In this document: positions 1-7,865 of the stretch, in pieces | Layout: the number at the start of each line of letters is the position of its first letter | How positions within the stretch are numbered: position 1 is the stretch's first letter | Source: Oopsacas minuta | Taxonomy: Eukaryota > Animalia > Porifera | Reading direction: 5' to 3' | Assembly: GCA_024704765.1 (NCBI GenBank) | Contig: JAKMXF010000341.1 | Span: 186,704 to 221,909 of the forward strand | DNA length: 35,206 nucleotides | Program-made: the position numbers and the translations under genes | Notes under the pieces: generated by a model | Told to the model about the DNA's origin: nothing | Database searches by the model: none | The model's input: only the letters and a program-made list of their open reading frames with translations

Positions 1-2
1 CT

Positions 3-161
3 AATCTTATTCAACATGATATCGTTGTGTATGCAAAGAGTGGGGATTCAATGGAATGGCTTACATACCCTGCATCTTTTACATTGACAGAAACAACAGA
101 AACTGCATTGTATCTGGAAAATTTAGCTGAACACTTCAACGTAGTCATTAATATACAATGA
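3..161 (+). CDS. 3' end of a probable OTU-like cysteine protease (5' part outside window)
   Basis: Own translation, frame open from nt 3: NLIQHDIVVYAKSGDSMEWLTYPASFTLTETTETALYLENLAEHFNVVINIQ* (TGA 159-161). The IvVY..W..Y..LYL.N..HF.VV pattern resembles the C-terminal strands and catalytic His of OTU domains. The catalytic Cys is not visible. Confidence 0.5.
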   Translation, partial: NLIQHDIVVYAKSGDSMEWLTYPASFTLTETTETALYLENLAEHFNVVINIQ

Positions 162-281
162 TACTAGAAACATAGACAATATTTTCCTATCTGTTCATTA
201 GTACCATAGATTCATTATTGTATTAGCAGATGATTTAAAAGAACTATTAATCACTATAATCTCATTGGAAATATTTACACA

Positions 282-443
282 GGGTATAAACTAGGCTAGG
301 CTAGTTTATACCCAGGGGGTTAATTTGGGCTAGGCTAGTTTATACCCTGGGGGTTAATCTAGGCTCAGAAGGTATAATCTGGGCTAGCCCAGATTATACC
401 CGGGTATATTCTGGCGGGAGGTTAATCTAGGCTGCTACACCGG
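282..443. repeat. Palindrome-rich transposon-like terminus or MITE relic
   Basis: 13-bp perfect stem GGGTATAAACTAG (282-294 / 301-313). Perfect 30-bp palindrome GGTATAATCTGGGCTAGCCCAGATTATACC (371-400). Direct repeats of CTAGGCTAGTTTATACCC(A/T)GGGGGTTAAT and GGTTAATCTAGGCT. Ends GCTGCTACACCGG. Confidence 0.65.
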
Positions 444-616
444 TCCCTCATTTGCTTGATATTTCTTACATATTTAACCTAATACACTATGATATTGTCT
501 GTTTTCTAAATATTAAATTAGCTATGAATTCAATCATTTACTGAGTTATGTAGACCTCTGGAACTGGGCCAAATATTTACGTCAAAATGTCGAGAAAATT
601 GTTAATTTGAATATTC

Positions 617-645
617 TATATTCCCTACAGCTTAAGATTAATCCT
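617..645. repeat. 29-bp inverted repeat partner of 8182-8210 (probable transposon TIR)
   Basis: TATATTCCCTACAGCTTAAGATTAATCCT matches the reverse complement of 8182-8210 at 27/29 positions. Confidence 0.7.
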
Positions 646-675
646 GAAAGATATCTCGTTTTCATGACGAGATAC

Positions 676-3470
676 GATATTCTATAACGTGGGAAGTCGG
701 TTGATTGTACCAAACGGATGGTTTGAGACCATCAACCTACCTCCCACTGAATAGATTATGGTTAATTACCAATACTTGCCAACCTTCCTAGATCCCTGGC
801 GGATAAAGCTGAATTATTCCGAGATTTTATATCATATTCAGGGAAAATTTTGGATATTTCTAGTGAATTTTCTGACAGATTAGTGAAAAATTCATTTTAT
901 TTGCATATAACATTTTGCGAAATCCCCGATTAGGGAATAAATACAAATCCGGAAAAAGTTAGAAATTATACTTCTAACAATTCTTACATTGACTTTTTAG
1001 TGCAGCTCATATAGGCAAATCTAATAGCATGAATAATGTGCTATGTCCGTCCACGCGCTGTGCGAAATCTAGTTTTTGTCTTCAAGTCAATGTAAGAATT
1101 GTTTATTCGAATTTCCCATATATAATAATCGGATTTTACTGTGCCATAGCATAGTGGCTCAGTTCTAAAATGGTTGGTTTTCACACCCTTTGACACCTCT
1201 GTATTTTAGCCCAATCAGATTGTAGGGTTTTACAATTATGCATAAATGCATAAAATTAGTTCTGGTGGAGTGTTTGTAATTTAATTAGCACTGTAATGTA
1301 TTTGTATTGATGTAGACTGTAATTCTATCGGTCAATACATTCTATTATATATATATATACATACTGATTTATCATATAATTAATCATATTTTCACACCTT
1401 TTGATGAACATTTCAAAATTATCCTAGAGATTAGCTTCCACTTGTTAAATAGGAGTAAACAGGGATTTTTGGCTATCCAAGGTTCCCTAAACGGGCGTAC
1501 ATAGTGATCCAAAAATCCGATCACACCAGCAGCAAGGAGCAAATTATAAGATTGTATTACCCATCCTAATTACATTCAAACGCCTTCTGTGGTGAAACTG
1601 GAGATGCGATTTCGCTTTTGGGTCGCTTTACAACACTTTCTGAGTTGTTTTAATGCTTGAATGTATCCTACCACCACAAATTCCTGGATCCGCCACTGGA
1701 AACGACACTATTCTATTGGTCGGATATATTTTCTAGTGGCAGTTAACTGGCAAACCGGCGGTTTACCGAACCTAGCCCTGCCCAGCTGAAAGTTTATATC
1801 CATTTAGAGATCTCTATTTAGAATGTGTTTATATTCCTACTTTCTGTCAAGATGTTTGTTCCTGATACTCATCTCTATAATCTTCTGGCCAACATCTCTC
1901 ACACAGTGTAACACTGAGTTACCTGATAACTCTAAAGTTATACTGGATTCTAATACTTATCATACAGTAGATAGTGGTGGGGTAATACAACCTGAAACTT
2001 TAGGATGGGGCAATGTTCAAGTAGATAGTATAGTATATACTATTGGTACTTCATCTAATACTTTTGATGATAATTTAGGCTGGCGACCAGCTATATTAAA
2101 GACAGGTTCATGTGGACCTGAATACGAATCTTGCTTTCAATCAACACGTGTACTTTATGCATCAGTGGATATAGAAGGAGAAATGAACTGGCTAGTTAGT
2201 AGTTATTATCAGACATTAGCTAATGCTATTTTCATCAGAATTACTTGTGAAAGAAATACAAATTATGAAACAGATTGTCTTAAAACATTTCAAATATTCT
2301 ACTACGAGTCTGACACGAATATAATTCTAACAGAATCTCTCCTCTCTCAATTCCTGCTTGCTGATAATTCTACTAATCAGCTGATGGAAGGAGGAGGAGT
2401 TGTAGTAGCTTCATTCCCAAGATCTAAGAATGGATTCTATATAGGATTATTGAATCAGAATCCTTGTGCTGATCTCACTGAGTTCCTTTTCTACTACTAT
2501 GAGTGTCCTGCTACAAATTCTACTTCTGGTATCTACTCTGTATCTGCTATGCTATCTCCTAGTCCAGCTGATGAAGTTATCCATGTTAATATTACCAATG
2601 TTAGCTGTATTCTCCCGTTTGTGAACAGAGACCCTCTTAATCTGAGAGCAGAATGCTACTGGAACGGTACATGGAGTCTGCCTGAAGAGGATTTGTGTGT
2701 TTGTATGTCAGGTTACTACATGTTGACAGACAGCAGCAGTAGCAGCATTATATCGTGTGTTTTGTGTCCTTATAAGAGCAATACAGGTGGAGATATAGGA
2801 GCTGTTGAGTGCTCGTGTGAAGATGACTGGTATAGAGGAGAGGGAGAGAGCGTGAGTGAGAGTTGTGGACAGAGTCCTTCTGCTGTTGAGAATGTTCGTG
2901 TGGATATATCAACTAGTCCTTTGGAGATGACAGTTGAGTGGGATATTCCTGTGTATTTGGGGAATCGTAATGAGAATCAGCTGCACTACATTGTGAGTTA
3001 TTATGAGGTTGTATCTCCAGAGAGTAAGAAGGAGATAATGAATTTGAAAGAGAGACAGTTAGTACTGAGTGATGTATCAGAGAGTACAGAGTATGTTATT
3101 ATAGTGACGTCATTGAATGGAGTGAGTTCAGTGTCTGATGTGTATAACAGAGTTAATATAACTGTGTTGTCTTCTTTTCCAGATATTGATTCTATCAGTT
3201 ACAACAGTGGTATTCTGGAATGGAGCTACACTTTGTATGGCCAGAGAGAATATGTGTTTGAATTGAGTTACTTTTTTGTAGAAGATGATACAACTTGTGT
3301 ATTACACGTGAACAGTAGTGAGTGTGAGTGTACAGGAGGTTACACCTGTGTGTGTACTGTGAATGTTACTGATTTGGATTCTTCTAAATCAATCAGTTTT
3401 CAATTATTCTCTGATAATTCAGGTATATTAATCGCTACTAATCTTAGTTATACAATTAATCTCTCAGATA
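676..3470 (+). repeat. Tandem duplication copy 1 (upstream region plus Eph ectodomain)
   Basis: Collinear blocks shared with 7866-11403: ~676-965/7866-8135, ~1073-1120/8237-8285, ~1125-1180/8587-8657, ~1386-1460/8661-8735, ~1641-1660/9076-9096, and a near-identical ~1664-3470/9603-11403. Confidence 0.9.
1664..1698. mobile_element. Transposon terminus relic (hAT-like TIR, reverse complement CAGTGGCGGATCCAGGAATTT)
   Basis: AAATTCCTGGATCCGCCACTG ends at 1698, 124 bp upstream of the Eph ATG. The same terminus occurs at 9636. A CAG-starting GC-rich end is typical of hAT-like TIRs. No partner end or TSD found. Confidence 0.5.
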
Positions 3471-4825
3471 CACCTACACCTCAACCAACTGATATTACTC
3501 TAGTCCTGGTGATAACAATTGGAGTTGTTTTGATTGTAATAATTGTATTTATTATTGTAAGTATCATTCTCTTCTTTTTGATTTTCTTCTGTTCTCGCAG
3601 TATAATCGTTCGTTCAAAATTAAGTCATAAAGACACTCCGCTGATGGAGTCAGAAGCTCAAACCCCTGCCCAAATACTGCATGACCAATTGTACCAAGAT
3701 CCTAGTCATTTTGAGGTTCTCAATAAGGCTATTCGGACCTTCACCAAAGAGCTAGATCAGAGGGATATCGATGTAGCCTCTGTGATTGGTAATGGTGAAT
3801 TCGGAGATGTTTGTAAGGGGACTCTCAGAATTAACAACAGAATCGTTCCAGTAGCAATAAAAACTCTCAAAGTTTCTTCCAGTGAGAAGAACAAGGAAGA
3901 TTTCTTCAAAGAGGCCTCTATAATGGGACAGTTTTCCCATGAGAATGTGATCTATTTATACGGAGTAACTCTCTCTAAACCTGTAATGATAGTAACTCCT
4001 TTTATGGAGAATGGTTCTTTGGACAAATTCCTAACCACCAACTCTGAAACCCTGAATTTATTTGATTTAGGCAAGATTTGTCTTGGGGTAGCTAAAGGCA
4101 TGAATTATCTCTCTAATGTAGGCTATGTACATCGTGACTTAGCAGCTCGTAATATCTTAATTGATTCAGACTTTACTCCAAAGATAGCTGATTTTGGATT
4201 GTCTCGGATAACACATGAAAACGTGTATGACGTGAAATCAGGCGGGAAGATTCCTGTCAGATGGACTGCACCAGAAGCAATTCTATATCGTAAGTTTAAC
4301 ATGGCTTCTGATGTGTGGAGTTTTGGTGTTTTGATGTGGGAGGTTATGAGCCGTGGACAGATTCCTTATGGAGATGTTGACAATTACACATTACTGGAGC
4401 AGATACAACAAGGATACAGATTACCACAGCCAGAAGGATGTCCTTACATGTTACACGCCCTTATGATCAGATGCTGGGATACAGTACCAGAGATCAGACC
4501 TACTTTCTCAGAGCTTCATTGTGAAATCTCTGAAATGGTTGACAATAACTTTAATCCTAGACCGAGGAGTCGCTTTTCCAAATCATTCGCTCATAGTCCT
4601 CTTGACTTCACTTCTATTGAGGATTGGCTAACTTCTCTCAAGTTGGAGCGCTACGCTACTAACTTCACCAAGAATGGATTTGCTAACTTATCGAGTGTAT
4701 GGCATATGTCAGAGCATGATCTCCTAGCTATTGATATCATACCTGTAGGTCATAGGAACAAGATAATGACCAGTATACATAAAGCTAATAACAAGCTATC
4801 TCGTACTTACTCAGTACGTGTGTGA
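1823..4825 (+). CDS. Eph: Eph receptor tyrosine kinase, 1000 aa, single exon
   Basis: Signal peptide. Eph ligand-binding motifs NWLVSSYY, CLKTFQIFYYESD and SKNGFYIG..C....FYYYECP. Cys-rich sushi/EGF-like region, FN3 and a divergent second FN3-like unit, TM. Juxtamembrane YQDP..NKAIRTFTKELD. Kinase motifs GNGEFGDV, VAIK, HRDLAARN, DFG, IPVRWTAPE, SDVWSFG. SAM domain (SIEDWL..GHRNKIMTSI). C-terminal YSVRV. Confidence 0.96.
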   Translation: MCLYSYFLSRCLFLILISIIFWPTSLTQCNTELPDNSKVILDSNTYHTVDSGGVIQPETLGWGNVQVDSIVYTIGTSSNTFDDNLGWRPAILKTGSCGPEYESCFQSTRVLYASVDIEGEMNWLVSSYYQTLANAIFIRITCERNTNYETDCLKTFQIFYYESDTNIILTESLLSQFLLADNSTNQLMEGGGVVVASFPRSKNGFYIGLLNQNPCADLTEFLFYYYECPATNSTSGIYSVSAMLSPSPADEVIHVNITNVSCILPFVNRDPLNLRAECYWNGTWSLPEEDLCVCMSGYYMLTDSSSSSIISCVLCPYKSNTGGDIGAVECSCEDDWYRGEGESVSESCGQSPSAVENVRVDISTSPLEMTVEWDIPVYLGNRNENQLHYIVSYYEVVSPESKKEIMNLKERQLVLSDVSESTEYVIIVTSLNGVSSVSDVYNRVNITVLSSFPDIDSISYNSGILEWSYTLYGQREYVFELSYFFVEDDTTCVLHVNSSECECTGGYTCVCTVNVTDLDSSKSISFQLFSDNSGILIATNLSYTINLSDTPTPQPTDITLVLVITIGVVLIVIIVFIIVSIILFFLIFFCSRSIIVRSKLSHKDTPLMESEAQTPAQILHDQLYQDPSHFEVLNKAIRTFTKELDQRDIDVASVIGNGEFGDVCKGTLRINNRIVPVAIKTLKVSSSEKNKEDFFKEASIMGQFSHENVIYLYGVTLSKPVMIVTPFMENGSLDKFLTTNSETLNLFDLGKICLGVAKGMNYLSNVGYVHRDLAARNILIDSDFTPKIADFGLSRITHENVYDVKSGGKIPVRWTAPEAILYRKFNMASDVWSFGVLMWEVMSRGQIPYGDVDNYTLLEQIQQGYRLPQPEGCPYMLHALMIRCWDTVPEIRPTFSELHCEISEMVDNNFNPRPRSRFSKSFAHSPLDFTSIEDWLTSLKLERYATNFTKNGFANLSSVWHMSEHDLLAIDIIPVGHRNKIMTSIHKANNKLSRTYSVRV

Positions 4826-6299
4826 ACTGTTATAATTATAGATTTATATATTGTGACTTGCTTTTTATAGCCTCGAGTTTGAATTTGTTTACTATTTTTG
4901 ATTATTTGTAGATATTGTTGACATTATTTATTAATACACGAGTTGTTTATATTACATGCTCTAATGTGCTTTTTGAACTGTGTATATGCTTGAGTATTCG
5001 AGTAATATGTATAATTGTATATTCTGTTATGTTAGAGTGAGTAAGTCATCAAACCTGTATTTTCAGTCGGTGTGTGGCTGGGTCACAAAAATACATTTCC
5101 AGGAAAACTTAGAATTACACTAGACAAAGGTTAATAGCCTTACTTCGGGGGTTATTTTGGTCAGATTATGCTGAGTAAAAGTGATGGCATGATTATACAT
5201 AACTTATATGTGAAAACGCCGTATGATGGTAATTGCAACTCATTGGCTGTTAAGCAATGCTTTCCATAACTGTATGATTTCGAAAACATTAGAAACGTTA
5301 TTTTTGGTGTATTTAATTGTTAACGGAAGATTATTGCCTACTACTTTTACAACACAATTATTTTTCGGAACAAAACTGATTAAAGCAAAATCTTAAAAGG
5401 GATCAGCATGTACTGTACTGAAGCTATAGACACATTATTGAATAATATTTCATCCCAACTATAGAACACTGATTATAAGTCAAATATACTGTATTTATTT
5501 TCATATTCGATCATTACAGAATATCATTTAGCAGTATGCATTATTTGCATCTTTCAAATTCACTTATAACTATTTGAGATGAATTATGTATCCATGGAAT
5601 CCCTAGAAATCAATTTGTTTCTGGACATTATAATCTCAACAAGGTCTTGCCTCCCTAATTACCCATTTAGTAAAAGCTCCAGGAAGCTAGGTCTGAGATA
5701 TCGCCGTCGCCGTAAGCGTAGGCGAGGCGAGAAAAGAAAGGTAAAGGAATGGAAACAAGAGTTTCATCAGATAATTCAATTACTTTTATTCAATTTGCAT
5801 ATTTGTTTTAATGGACAATGCTCCAAACAGTGCAAGTATTATTGCAATTGCAATACAAACTGAGTAGAGATTCGTTTGTCTATTTATCTTATCCACTTTA
5901 TATATATCGACATATGTACATCCTTGAAGGCGTCAGCCACCGAAATTATATTGTGAGATCAGCAAAAGAAGACTTAATGAAATATTTTATTACCCGCATG
6001 ATATAGGACAACTATGAGAATGTATTACGAAATTTTATGCTTTTGGTTTCAAGATATACTGAAAGAATATAGACTTACTGACTTATGGTATGTGACTAAT
6101 TCATTTTCTAGAATAAATTTTAGAGAATATGAACAAAATCCCTAAATATGTAGTGTGAAGCAAAGTGAAACCGTTCGAACCGTATACTCGGTTTAGAAAA
6201 TTATTACTATACATTAATCGAGGGACTCAGTGCCTAGATGAATATCGAACCTAGCATTGAAGCACACTAGCTATTTAATAATCTGTCTAGTTTTGAACC

Positions 6300-6354
6300 A
6301 AATAATTATCGCATACACCACCAAAACCTTTGGTGATGTATGCGATAATTATTT
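6300..6354. repeat. Foldback hairpin, 26-bp stem, 3-nt loop
   Basis: AAATAATTATCGCATACACCACCAAA - ACC - TTTGGTGATGTATGCGATAATTATTT, with one mismatch. Confidence 0.85.
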
Positions 6355-7327
6355 AGGGAAAACAGGGTTATTATTATTAGTTGTGTACAGTGTAAGTCAT
6401 TGTGCTTTATAGTTTTGTATAACAGACATATCAGGGGCAATGGGAGCAGTTATTAGCAACAAGCATTGATCCTGATTTATATTACAGTGATCGAGTCCAG
6501 TCTATTCAAATGAACAGGCCAAGGCAAAAAGTGATGAGACCATGGCCTCGCAATCCTGGCCATTTACGCTAACTTCCTTCCCGATTCAAGCAATCGTGTA
6601 TATAAAGAACTTTCTGCTAAATTTATTACAAATTCTTCTACTGAATCTGGTCTCAAAATATTGCTAACCGAGAATTCAACGAATACATTATTTTCTTGAA
6701 TATTTTCTACACAAAATCATATTACTAAATATGTTTCAATCCAACTACACATCTGAATAATAGTATATAGACCCTAGGTGTAACTAGGAATCATAGAGCA
6801 AGGAGGCAAGTATGAATATTTCCTCAATAAAATGTAGATTACAATAGTGAGATGAGGCAATGGGTGAAAGGCGAGGAAGCAAATGCCTCTTCTGAATAAA
6901 TACTAATTTCCTCCTTTTCCAAAATTCAGACCGTAAAACATAATGGACGTGATTTTTATCATGTCCTTTGAAATTTTAGTGTATTTTGGTAATAGCTTGA
7001 TAAAAATGTCCCCCTATAATACGAGATAACAGACGAACAACAATGTTCATTAGGAGAATGTATTCTATATCATAGCACGAGTTTATGTATCCACACAGTG
7101 ATTCATTTCAATTTTCAAAGCTTTAAAGTTCAAATTTAATAAAGAACTTTAGATCCATTTTGGGATAATTATTAAACCCACTTTATAACAAGTTATCGAT
7201 CATTTAATACTTTCACGAATTATCTACAATTTGCAATAGACTTGTTTCATATTGTTAACATATAGATCTCCTGAGTCATTAGTCTGTTGGAATATATTGA
7301 CTTATGTTCTGATTGCTTAGTCTAAAC

Positions 7328-7791
7328 CAGCGGTCGGCAACTGGCGGCCCGCGGGACAAATTCGGCCAGCAAAAACATTTTCATGGCCCGCCGAAGAATG
7401 GGCTACAACCTTATTATATTACCATAATTTTCTACTTACGTATATATTCATTGATAGCATTAGAAATCTGCTCATAACTTTCATAAATTTTCCAACACAA
7501 AAATATTCCTACCCAGATACTCCTTTTCATTACCTACTTTTTTTATTTGTTATACAATTTTTTTCATTAGATTACGAAACGATTAAGCTCCATCACTATC
7601 CTGTCCATTCGTAGTAGTAGCAGCAAGAAAAGAAAATTGACTCTGAATAGATACATCAATTCCTTCAAGGACTTTTGTAGACTTAGTGGATATTCACCAT
7701 ATATGTACATCAACAAATAGTCATCTAGTGGCCAGCACATCTATGAAAAGAGTTTATATGGCCTGCACTCAAATAAAGTTGCCGACCCCTG
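7328..7791. mobile_element. Non-autonomous hAT (Charlie/SPIN-like) MITE, 464 bp
   Basis: 14-bp TIRs CAGCGGTCGGCAAC / GTTGCCGACCCCTG (1 mismatch). Perfect 8-bp TSD GTCTAAAC at 7320-7327 and 7792-7799. Subterminal GGCCCGC motifs. No transposase ORF. Confidence 0.93.
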
Positions 7792-7865
7792 GTCTAAACT
7801 GTCTTATCCAATTCAACATATCCCTGTACACTTATGGTATAATTATAGTAGCAATATTTGTGTAA

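Noticed and set aside
1151-1180. TAGTGGCTCAGTT resembling a tRNA A box (also at ~8631)
   Set aside because: No B box or cloverleaf follows. The second copy is explained by the duplication.
5579-6006. ORFs 5579-5863 (Arg-rich, looks like an NLS or protamine) and 5818-6006
   Set aside because: The Arg run is a by-product of a GC-rich hairpin. No recognisable domain, and composition is typical of intergenic DNA.
6430-6700. Protein-like fragments (WEQLLATSIDPDLYYSDRVQ; GLAILAIYANFLPDSSNRVYKELSAK)
   Set aside because: Might be a decayed retroelement or gene, but I cannot assign a family or join the frames convincingly.
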